The position numbers and the translations under genes are program-made. A DNA stretch of 38,171 bases from a virus. The notes under the pieces are model-generated. The model saw nothing but the letters and a program-made list of their open reading frames with translations. It searched no databases and was not told where the DNA came from. Within the stretch, counting starts at the first letter, position 1. Every line of letters starts with the position of its first letter. Below are positions 28,259-37,000 of the stretch, piece by piece. The stretch is from positions 77,723 through 115,893 of the IMG/VR virus record IMGVR_UViG_3300034069_001889. The stretch is one strand, 5' to 3'.

Positions 28259-28347
28259 GGAAAGTTGGCAGAGTGGTCTATCGCGCCCGCCTTGAAAGCG
28301 GGAGGACCTTGAAAGAGGTTCCGTGGGTTCGAATCCTACACTTTCCT
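28259..28347 (+). tRNA. tRNA-Ser(UGA)
   Basis: CCCGC-ctTGAaa-GCGGG; long variable arm; acceptor GGAAAGT/ACTTTCC. Confidence 0.92.
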
Positions 28348-28369
28348 CAGTTTTATAGAAGGAGCAACT

Positions 28370-28540
28370 ATGGAAAATAGAAAAGTCATTCAGCTCACCA
28401 TTTCGGCTCCAAACGTCAATGACCCCGACCGAGTGTTTCCGATTCTGTTTGCTTTATGCGATGACGGCACCATCTGGTGGTCAAACGTCAGCAATGAATC
28501 TGAAAATTGGCAGCTGTACAAACAAGTTCCTACATCTTAA
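28370..28540 (+). CDS. Small hypothetical protein (56 aa) inside the tRNA cluster, not in ORF track
   Basis: AAGGAG RBS; MENRKVIQLTISAPN...LFALCDDGTIWW...W. Confidence 0.7.
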   Translation: MENRKVIQLTISAPNVNDPDRVFPILFALCDDGTIWWSNVSNESENWQLYKQVPTS

Positions 28541-28553
28541 ATCTCTTTCTTAC

Positions 28554-28630
28554 GCGGTTATAGTTCAGAGGCCTAGAACGCTCGCCTGTCACGCGAGAGG
28601 TCACGAGTTCGAATCTCGTTAGCCGCGCCA
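28554..28630 (+). tRNA. tRNA-Asp(GUC)
   Basis: CTCGC-ctGTCac-GCGAG; GCCA end. Confidence 0.93.
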
Positions 28631-28637
28631 TTTTTAT

Positions 28638-28901
28638 TTGCTTATGACCGTCACCTACACCAAATCCGAAGCCCTCCTAATCAAGTACTTTCGCGACCTC
28701 CTCCAAGATTTGTGGGATGAGGGTATGAATACCAAGAAAGACCCCGAGGACCGTCTCGCCGCGCTCGTGATAAAAATCAATGGCGCACTGACCCTAGCCA
28801 ACGTCATGGCGGACGAGACAGAATTTGGGAAATTCATCACGTACCTCAAGGAGACTCACAATGATAACGATCAAAGACGAAAGCCAACGGGTACCGATTA
28901 A
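28638..28901 (+). CDS. Hypothetical protein (about 85 aa)
   Basis: ORF between tRNA-Asp and rtcB, overlapping the rtcB start. Confidence 0.55.
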   Translation: MLMTVTYTKSEALLIKYFRDLLQDLWDEGMNTKKDPEDRLAALVIKINGALTLANVMADETEFGKFITYLKETHNDNDQRRKPTGTD

Positions 28902-30042
28902 ACTCTGGGCCGACGAGGTCGAGCCCCAGGCCATGGCCCAGCTCAAGAACACGGCCGGCCTTCCCTTCGTGTTCAAACACGTCGCCGCCATGCCGGACGT
29001 GCACTTTGGCCTTGGCGCCACCGTGGGCTCCGTCGTCGCGACCAAGGGCGCGGTCGTACCCGCGGCGGTGGGGGTCGACATCGGATGCGGCATGATGGCG
29101 GTTCAGCTCGACGCGGACGTGCGCATCGCGCGCGATAAGGCCGCGGTCATCCGCCACTCGATCGAGCGGTCCATACCCGTAGGATTCGACCAGCACCGGA
29201 CAAATCAAGACGAAGAGATGGGACTGCTTCACCTGACCTGGGCCGACATTGCGTCCGAGAATGCCGACAAACGTCTTTATGAAAAAGCAGCGCGGCAGAT
29301 GGGCACGCTCGGGGGCGGCAATCACTTTATTGAGCTCTGCGAGGACACGAACGGTGGCTTCTGGGTCATGCTCCACTCCGGGTCCCGCGGCGTCGGGAAC
29401 CGACTCGCCCGCTGGCACATGAACGAGGCTAAAGGCCTCATGCGGAAGATGTTCATCGAGCTGCCGGACCCCGACCTCGCCTACTTTGCCGAACAAACCA
29501 AAGAGTACGATGCCTACATGACGGACCTTTATTGGGCGCAAAATTACGCGAAGCGAAATCGCGAGGTCATGATGGAGCGGGTCCTCAAAGACATCTCCCA
29601 CGCCTTCGGCCTCGGCGGCGCCCCCATTCCAAAGCTCCGCGAGATCAACTGCCACCACAACTACGCCGAGACGGAAAACCACTACGGCGAGAACGTGCTG
29701 GTCACCCGAAAAGGCGCCGTACGGGCCCGGGAGGGCGATTACGGCATCATTCCCGGCTCCATGGGGACGCGGTCTTACATCGTGAAGGGAAAGGGCAACT
29801 TCCAGAGCTTCTGCTCCTGCAGCCACGGCGCGGGGCGTAAGATGTCCCGGAACCAAGCGCGCGCCCAATACACGGTTGAGGATCTGGCCAAGCAGACCGA
29901 AGGGGTCAACTGTCGGAAAGACGAGGGGGTTCTCGACGAGCTGCCCTCGGCGTACAAAGACATCGACACCGTCATGGCGAATCAGCAGGACCTGGTCGAG
30001 GTCGTGGCCGAGCTCAAGCAATTCGTTTGCATTAAGGGCTAA
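28861..30042 (+). CDS. rtcB: RtcB RNA ligase (3'-phosphate/5'-OH)
   Basis: MPDVH, VGVDIGCG, GTLGGGNHFIE, HSGSRG, CHHNY, RKGA, IPGSMG, SHGAGR, AYKDI; AAGGAG RBS. Confidence 0.97.
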   Translation: MITIKDESQRVPIKLWADEVEPQAMAQLKNTAGLPFVFKHVAAMPDVHFGLGATVGSVVATKGAVVPAAVGVDIGCGMMAVQLDADVRIARDKAAVIRHSIERSIPVGFDQHRTNQDEEMGLLHLTWADIASENADKRLYEKAARQMGTLGGGNHFIELCEDTNGGFWVMLHSGSRGVGNRLARWHMNEAKGLMRKMFIELPDPDLAYFAEQTKEYDAYMTDLYWAQNYAKRNREVMMERVLKDISHAFGLGGAPIPKLREINCHHNYAETENHYGENVLVTRKGAVRAREGDYGIIPGSMGTRSYIVKGKGNFQSFCSCSHGAGRKMSRNQARAQYTVEDLAKQTEGVNCRKDEGVLDELPSAYKDIDTVMANQQDLVEVVAELKQFVCIKG

Positions 30043-30047
30043 CGAAG

Positions 30048-30084
30048 TTAGGGAATGTTAGTCAGACGGGCTAACATTCCCTAA
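30048..30084. repeat. 14-bp perfect inverted repeat between rtcB and ncRNA B
   Basis: TTAGGGAATGTTAG-9nt-CTAACATTCCCTAA; no T tail. Confidence 0.85.
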
Positions 30085-30107
30085 TATTATCTGATAGACC
30101 TAATATC

Positions 30108-30335
30108 GAACGTGATTGCGTATAAGCTGTGGCAATTGCTAATGCCCGCACAATGCGACTTCGAGGACCCTCACTGGCAAGGTTGTGTCTGAAAAGCGGG
30201 GCCACTAGGATACGTAGGTCGGTTAGGACCGAAAGAGTACTGAGACGAATATAATGGTGAATTGACACCTGCCCTAACGGGTATTCGCGAGTCGGGAAAT
30301 CTCTTTCACAACCGGAGTCGCGCCCGGTCACGTTC
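30108..30335 (+). ncRNA. Unknown structured ncRNA B (228 nt)
   Basis: Terminal stem GAACGTG/CACGTTC. 5' GCGTatAAGC motif and 3' hairpin ACCGG-agtcgcgc-CCGGT. Ends 5 nt before tRNA-Phe. Confidence 0.75.
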
Positions 30336-30340
30336 TTTAT

Positions 30341-30416
30341 GGACAGGTAGCTCAGTTGGTAGAGCACCGGTTTGAAGCGCCGGGTGTGGTAGGTTCAACT
30401 CCTACCCTGTCCACCA
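30341..30416 (+). tRNA. tRNA-Phe(GAA)
   Basis: CCGGT-ttGAAgc-GCCGG; acceptor GGACAGG/CCTGTCC; ACCA end. Confidence 0.92.
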
Positions 30417-30428
30417 TTTTACATTTCT

Positions 30429-30525
30429 GGAACGTGGCTCGTGTCCAAGAGGCTCCGGCCGGTGCGCACCGGTACAGGATGAGGGATTAAGTCGGCGCCG
30501 CCCAACCCGTAAACGGCCACGTTCT
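30429..30525 (+). ncRNA. Unknown structured ncRNA C (97 nt)
   Basis: Terminal stem GGAACGTGGC/GCCACGTTCT; internal CCGGT-gcgc-ACCGG hairpin; long T run after. Confidence 0.65.
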
Positions 30526-30589
30526 TTTTTTTCTTACTAATTAATTAAATTACTTAGACAGAGTCGGACTGATTTGCTTAATTAATTAC

Positions 30590-30814
30590 GAACGTGAAGC
30601 GTGAAGCAAGTCCCCGACGTAGAAGCGTTGATGCTGATCTAAGCCCGGATACGTACAAAGACACGAAGGGTAAAATCAGCGGAGTGGAGAAGGTTGCTAA
30701 TGCGCGCACTCTGACCTTGCACGCATGGACAGAGTTCAAAAGGCCGCTTGATGCCGGTTCGAAACGGCTAGTACAGTGGAATAATGAAAGCCAGGGTTGC
30801 GCCTGGTCACGTTC
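30590..30814 (+). ncRNA. Unknown structured ncRNA D (225 nt)
   Basis: Terminal stem GAACGTG/CACGTTC. 5' GCGTgAAGC motif and 3' hairpin GCCAG-ggttgcgc-CTGGT. Ends 11 nt before tRNA-Tyr. Confidence 0.75.
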
Positions 30815-30825
30815 AACTTTTTTAC

Positions 30826-30911
30826 GCGTTGTTGCGGGGAATTGGTAACCCAGCGGATTGTAAATCCGTGCCCTCACGGGTCTGGTGGTTCGAGTCCATC
30901 ACAACGCACCA
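30826..30911 (+). tRNA. tRNA-Tyr(GUA)
   Basis: GCGGA-ttGTAaa-TCCGT; long variable arm; ACCA end. Confidence 0.92.
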
Positions 30912-30914
30912 TTT

Positions 30915-30988
30915 TCGGGATTGGTGCATCGGTAGCACGTCAGACTTTGATTCTGAAGAGCGAGGTTCGATTCCTTGATCCCGAGCCA
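30915..30988 (+). tRNA. tRNA-Gln(UUG)
   Basis: TCAGA-ctTTGat-TCTGA; acceptor TCGGGAT/ATCCCGA; GCCA end. Confidence 0.92.
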
Positions 30989-31203
30989 TTTAGTAATTTA
31001 CTAGGTGCATCAACTAACGTTTCGGCACAGATAGTTACTGTTTTAGTAATTATCTGGATTTTTCTTTTTAGTTGCACCCCCAAATCTTTTAGTTGAGCTT
31101 TAGTTCCAAGCGCAATGTGGTGCTTACTGCGCCCGGCCCGATCAAATCTTTCTTGGCGGGAAGGTCATCAGCGGGTCGGGTGTTTTCATATTGAGGGGTC
31201 TGT

Positions 31204-33529
31204 GTGAAACTCGTCTGCTACCACAAAGAGTGGGATTGGATCGCGGTTCACGAAGGTGCTTACGCGGTTGAAGTCGACGACGGGGTGTTTTGGTTTTGGT
31301 CGCACTACCTGACATTTCCCGGTGGCTCGTACATGCTCACCGATAAGGATTTCTACAAAAACTGGGTCCTGATCGGTATTCTGGATAAGGAGGAAAACAA
31401 TGAAAACATTTGATCTGGTTCGCACCGAGGACGTGAGCGGCGTTTCAGGAATTGGCACTGTGGCTCAAGGCGTCGAGTTTGACGATGGCTCGTGCGTGCT
31501 CCGCTGGCTCACCGAGTTCAAAAGCACGGCGTTTTATAACTCCGTCCGGGACTTGCTTCACATCCACGAACACGGCGGCCGCACAAAAGTCGTCTTTCAC
31601 GAGGAGATCAAATGACGTCGCGCGACTTTTGCTACTGGCTCCAAGGGTTTTTCGAACTCGCCCACTCTGGCCCCGTTCCGCCCGAACCGCAGTCCCGCTA
31701 CCATCTGTACGACTACCAAGTCGACATGATCCGCAACCACCTCGCCATGGTGTTCAAGCACGAGATCGACCCTAGCATGGGCAGCGCTATTCACCGCGAC
31801 CAGCTTCAGCAAATCCACCATGGTTATGTTCAAGCTCAAGAGATCGAAAACAAAGCCGAAGCTTGCTTGGACAGATCCGGGAAGTTTAGCCCCACCGCCA
31901 AGATGAACTGCTGACACCACCCGTCTAGTTTTACCATTTGCCTTGATCCTCCATTTTTGATCCGTAATTCTATGGACCAACCAATGGAGGATCATCAACA
32001 TGGATCTCATCGAATTCCCCTGCCCCGACTGCACGACCGGCCTCGGCCAGGTCCCCCTTTTCGACATTTTCAAACCCACGTGCCCGACCTGCAACGGCAA
32101 ACGTAAAGTTCTCGTCAAACGCGAAGACATCATCAAGCTCGGGGGCAAATAGGCTTATGAGAAAGCCGAAGCGCCGTTACGCCATCGAACACGTCACCAT
32201 CAACAAAACGACCGCGGAATTGGTCATCGTCCTTCCCGTGCAGCTGATGTTTGAGCCGGAAGCCTTCACGGTTCCGGGCGTGGGCGAAGGAGCGCCGGAA
32301 ATCGAATACAGCCTTCAGGTCGGGACAAACGAGCCCGACGGCTATCTGGTGCCCGTCGAGACGTTTGCTAATCGAGACATTTACGTCTTTTGTAAGACCT
32401 CGCGGCTCAAGAAAATCGCCGACATCCTGGGGCCGCTATGATGCGGTGGCTTTTTGGCGACCCCTACCGCTTGATCAGCGATGGTCACGGCAAGTGGGCG
32501 GTCCAGAACACGAGGTGGGGTCTCTTTGGCGACAGCTACTGGGACTTTCAAAACGAATTCTGGACCCTGTACCCTCGTGAAAAATGTTGGACGGACGTAG
32601 AAACCGCCACGCTTTGGGCCAAGAGGTTCAACGCATGACGAGTCCAAAGCAAAAAGCTAGCGCCTACGTCTACGTGATCTCGCGGATTCACAAAGCGCCG
32701 ACCCCAAATATTACCGAGATCCCGAACCTCGGCGTGCACCGAACGCTCAAACGCGGGTTGTCGCACTACAAGGCCGTCTACGAGGATCGTCGGTCGCGGA
32801 TCACGAGTTCTTATGGCGAACAGGATAAGGTTGTCACCGACCATCCCTGCACGGTCCTCGCTGAGTTTTACACGAGCGACCAAGAAAATGTGCGTTTCGA
32901 ACGCTGGACGGTTTACTAAGTATGAAACCACTCACAGCCAAAAAACTGGGGAAGCAGAGCAATTCGGTGGTCTACCTTGCCAAGTACGACATGATTGTCG
33001 AAGTGTGGTGCCACCAAAGGTTGAAATTCATGCTGCACGATCAGGACAGATGGTACATCAAGGGGCCGCTCGGCATGAACGGTCAGATCACTTTAAAAGA
33101 ACTCAATAGCGCGAGTGCTATCAAAATAGGAGTAATTCACTAATGTACAGCAAATACGCACCTCCCGTTTCGGAAATCAAGAAATGGATCAGCGCCCTTC
33201 GTTCGGGCAAATTCCAACAAACTCAAGGAGTGCTTCAAGACAGGGATGGCTACTGCTGCCTTGGCGTAGCGTGCCAAATTTTCTCGCCCAAACACCAGCT
33301 CGAAAGAAACGGGCAATATCTTCGCGGCAGTATGCCAAGTGATCAGCGTCACGCGCCAACCTGGCTCAAACGCGTCGCCAATGATTTCGCTCGCGCCACT
33401 AAAATTGTTCACGAGGATGGCGATAACGAGGTCACAGGCCTCATCGACATGAACGACGAGGAAAACTTCTCGTTCGACGAGATCGCCGACATGCTGCAGC
33501 TGGTCTACGTCGAAAAGGCGTTCGCGTGA
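31204..33529 (+). CDS. Train of small phage hypothetical proteins (31204-31413, 31400-31615, 31612-31914, 32000-32152 CxxC zinc finger, 32157-32441, 32438-32638, 32635-32919, 32922-33143, 33143-33529)
   Basis: Overlapping start/stop codons and RBSs. Motifs I recall from uncharacterised phage proteins: DVSGVSGIGTVAQGVEF, DFCYWLQGFFE, WISALRSG...CCLGV. Confidence 0.7.
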
Positions 33530-34071
33530 AAGAGTTCGTGGGCTTTCCCAAGATTCCCCGGCTTTCGCGCGACATCATCGTCACCGAAAAGATCGACGGC
33601 ACGAATGCGCAAATCTACATCAGCGAGGACGGCACGGAGTTCTTAACCGGATCCCGCAACCGCTGGATCACGCCGGACAAAGACAATCACGGATTTTCAA
33701 AGTGGGCCCACGAGCACAAGGATGAGCTCATGAAGCTTGGCCCCGGGCATCACTTTGGTGAGTGGTACGGTCAAGGGATCAATTGCGGCTACGGGCTCAA
33801 AGAAAAGCGTTTTGCGCTCTTTAACGTCAAGCGGTGGGAAGACAATAGCGTCCGCCCGGCTTGCTGCGAGATTGTGCCTATTCTGTACAAAGGCATCTTT
33901 GATCTAGTAGTCATTGAATACTGTTTGAAAAAGCTCGCTTTCGACGGCAGCAGCGCCGCGCCAGGTTTCATGGACCCCGAGGGCGTGATGGTTTTCCACA
34001 TCGCGGCGAATCACTATTTCAAGAAAACCATTAAACACGACGATGAGAGAAAGTCGCAGGTGAACGCGTGA
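33526..34071 (+). CDS. ATP-dependent RNA ligase family protein (Rnl2-like nucleotidyltransferase core)
   Basis: Motif I TEKIDGTNA, SRNR, FGEWYG, FALFN, motif IV PEGVMV, motif V YFKK. Confidence 0.85.
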   Translation: MKEFVGFPKIPRLSRDIIVTEKIDGTNAQIYISEDGTEFLTGSRNRWITPDKDNHGFSKWAHEHKDELMKLGPGHHFGEWYGQGINCGYGLKEKRFALFNVKRWEDNSVRPACCEIVPILYKGIFDLVVIEYCLKKLAFDGSSAAPGFMDPEGVMVFHIAANHYFKKTIKHDDERKSQVNA

Positions 34072-37000
34072 GTGACAAACAACCCAAAGCTTGGACGCAC
34101 GAAGAGATTCTTAAATTTGGTGAAACGACCGTGGACAATACCGTTAAGCCGAGCCCGGAAGTGATCAAAGAACGCCAACGCACCGCGAAGCTTCTTGAGG
34201 CCATTGAATTTGCGCTAATTTTTAATCCCTACCACGACCAGTACAAAATCCAGCACGAGGTCTTGCCGAAGCTCAAGCAAGCCAAGGCCGACTACGAGGC
34301 TGGTCTGTGAGCACGGATCTCGCCAAAGAACGCGAGCGGATGACGTTTATGAAAGGCTACTTGACGGCTCAGCTTGAAAACGCCGGCCGTCTCAATGAGT
34401 TGAAAGAGGTCATCGTGATGCTGTCCGAGCATGATCCCAAATGCCCGGGCCCGCGCGAGTGTTGGTGCATGGATGCGGCCGGAATTGCGGAAGGAGCGCT
34501 TTGTGACGCAGAGTAAGCAAGAAGCAATCGCAATGGCGGAAGAATTTCTCAAATGGTCGCCGAGCCAATGGAACAACGACGGATCGGTAAATAAGATCGA
34601 CATTTACGTGACGGGCTATTTGAAAGGCCGTGAGTCCGTAAAAATGGACCGCATGGTTCAAAACGTCGGCCACGCCCACGTGCGCAGTGAGTTCGACACG
34701 CACGTCAAAGAGTCGGAAGAGTTCGTGAAAATCGCGATGGCAAAGATCGAAGCCGGGAAAGCGCGCGAGGCAAAACTTGTCGAAGCTTTGAATCGATGCG
34801 CGTCTCCATACTCAGCGGTTGAAAAAGAAAACGTGGCCCGCCAGGCGCTCGCGGAGTACAAAATGAGTGATGTGCGATGATCACGCCTGAGTGCGAAGCC
34901 GGTTGCCTCGCGTTGAGCGGCGGAGACGTTCGGCATCAGGCCGCCTGCCCGCACTATCCGGAAAGCATCGCCGCCATGTACGACCGCGAAAAAGCCCGGT
35001 CCTCCCGGTTAATCAAAGGCTTATTTGAAATTGCCGAAGAGCACTCGGGCTTTGGCACTAGAGAGGCAATGGCTAAACGTTTGAAAAAAGAGTACGAGGC
35101 GAGTGATGACTGAAAAAGACCGCCAACGCGCCATCGAAGTCTACGACCAATGGCAAAAGTGCCACGCCGGTAAACTTCCCGTCGACGAAGCTTTTCTCGC
35201 CGGCTATGCCACCGCCATGCGCGATAAAGAGTTGGAGATGATGGAGGCCACGTCCGCTTCGAGCGAACAGGCGGCGTGCTATTCGAATCAGTGCGACGAG
35301 CTTTGGGAAGACCTCAAAGAAGAGCGGGCGCGTTCTGCAAAGCTTCTTGAGGCCTTATATTTTATAGCCAATGAACCAGATAGCTTATCGAGACGACTGA
35401 TCTTGGCCGCACGATATAAGGGCGAGTACGAGGCGTCCAAATGAACTGGCTCGTTTGCCGCCACTGCCGCGGCGTATTTAAACTGTGTGATTCATTCAAC
35501 CGCTGTCCGCACTGCGGAAAGGACAACCCATGAGCGAAGAAGCCAAGTACCGCGAAGAGATTTATCCCGTCGCCGACAAGGTGAAGAACAAGACGGATTT
35601 CAATAAACTCATGAAATCGATCATCACCAGGCAACATGACTACGGCACGATCGTCGTCGGCATGGCCGCGGCCATGCGAGGCGCCATGCGCCTCGTGGAC
35701 AGCTCAAAAAGCGGCGGCATCACCGGCTTTCAAGCCAGCTGCGTCATGTGGGAACTCGTCCCCCTCCTCACCATGAAAAAGCCGCCCATGCGGCTTATTT
35801 CCTACAACGATATGCTTTACCCGCAATACGAAGACAAATTTCAAAAAACAATCGACCCGAGCACTTGGGAGCACTTGCAAACCGAGGCGCACAAGATTTT
35901 GAGCAAAGACCAACCAGTACCAATTGCCGAGACCGTCCAGACGCACTTGCAAACCATCGTCGACGGCCAGGTGCCGTTTGGCTACACTGTGAGGAACTCA
36001 TGAAATTTCCATCCGAAGTCATGGCCCGCGTGTTTGAATGGGCCTACGAAAACCAAATCGACATCACTTTGGCGCGCTACGAAAGACACGACGGTCCGTA
36101 CCCGGTGCTGAGATTCCACCGGAACGGCAAGAACTTGGAACGCGCGTTCTACCATCTCACGAGTTTGACCGACGAAATCAAATACGCCTGGCGCGACATC
36201 GCGCTCCAGCTCTGCGTCGAACCCCTCGATCTGGAGGATCTCGGTGGCTAAAAAGGAAGACAAATGGGCAAAGCGTCGGGAGCAGGGTTGGCCTTTTTTT
36301 AGCGTCGACAACATGCTCCTCGCCGGCGCCATGGAGAGCGGTAAAGACCTTTATTGCCTTGGCCGGTTCGGGGGCTTCGGAGGACACCTCGGCACCGTTT
36401 ACCCGGAACTCGAATGGGCCATCGAAGAGGCGCACGCCAATAATGAAAAAGCAAAAGCGGGCGAAAAAATATCCTGGCAGTGCGTTTACCGCATCAAATG
36501 CGAACTCGTAACGGAGACACCATGACCGAAAAGACCAAAGCTCAAAAAGAACACGAAAAGTGGACGTTGCGCCAGGACCTGGAGCAAGCGAATCTCGAAA
36601 ATCAGCTTCTCCCGTATATCAAATGCATCGTGCAGATCGTTTTCAAACGCATGAGCTGGCTGTGACCGACGAGGAGCACGAAGCCGCCAATGCCGGCGCC
36701 AAGGCGTACGCCGAAGAGCTGGCGCGCGACGGGTGGGACGAGTGGGCCCCGCCCGTAGGCAGCGCCGGGTTTTTTCGGGGGTACAAGGAGGCCTGCGCGG
36801 CCGGTGAAAAAGCATTGGTGTTGGCCCTCAAACTTGTCAACTCGCACCTCGACCGAGTCGACGAAGAACGCGCGCGGTCCAAAGATCTCGCAATGATTTG
36901 CCGCAGACTGGCCGCGGCAAGCACTTTAGAAGCCCGCGACCGTATTGCTCGCGAATGTCATAATTTATTTAGAGGCGAGATTACCCGTGACGGATGAAGA

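Noticed and set aside
27440-28295. ORF-track entries over the RNA island (27440-27640, 27634-27831, 28004-28213, 28080-28295; also 30071-31096)
   Set aside because: They overlap tRNA/tmRNA/ncRNA genes and lack RBSs. Only the end of 27634-27831 is real, as the tmRNA tag.
28259-28347. tRNA with TGA at the anticodon read as suppressor or selenocysteine tRNA (recoded genome)
   Set aside because: Anticodon UGA reads the Ser codon UCA. Long genes are uninterrupted and TAG/TGA act as normal stops.
7364-30021. Long antisense ORFs (7364-8323, 10453-11868, 23865-24824, 28846-30021)
   Set aside because: Shadow frames of GC-rich genes on the opposite strand, with no recognisable motifs.
30417-30525. 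HDV-like (theta) ribozyme after tRNA-Phe
   Set aside because: The element starts 12 nt after an already encoded CCA, and no nested double pseudoknot was found.
30631-30710. Twister-like words in ncRNA D (AAGCCCGGATA, GTGGAG, TAATGC)
   Set aside because: I could not complete P4 or the T1 pseudoknot consistently with P2. An in vitro self-cleavage test would settle it.
30108-30814. GAACGTG/CACGTTC ends as MITE/IS terminal inverted repeats or CRISPR repeats
   Set aside because: Only 7-10 bp, with no target-site duplications, transposase, regular spacing or cas genes. G-U pairs and stem covariation point to RNA structure.
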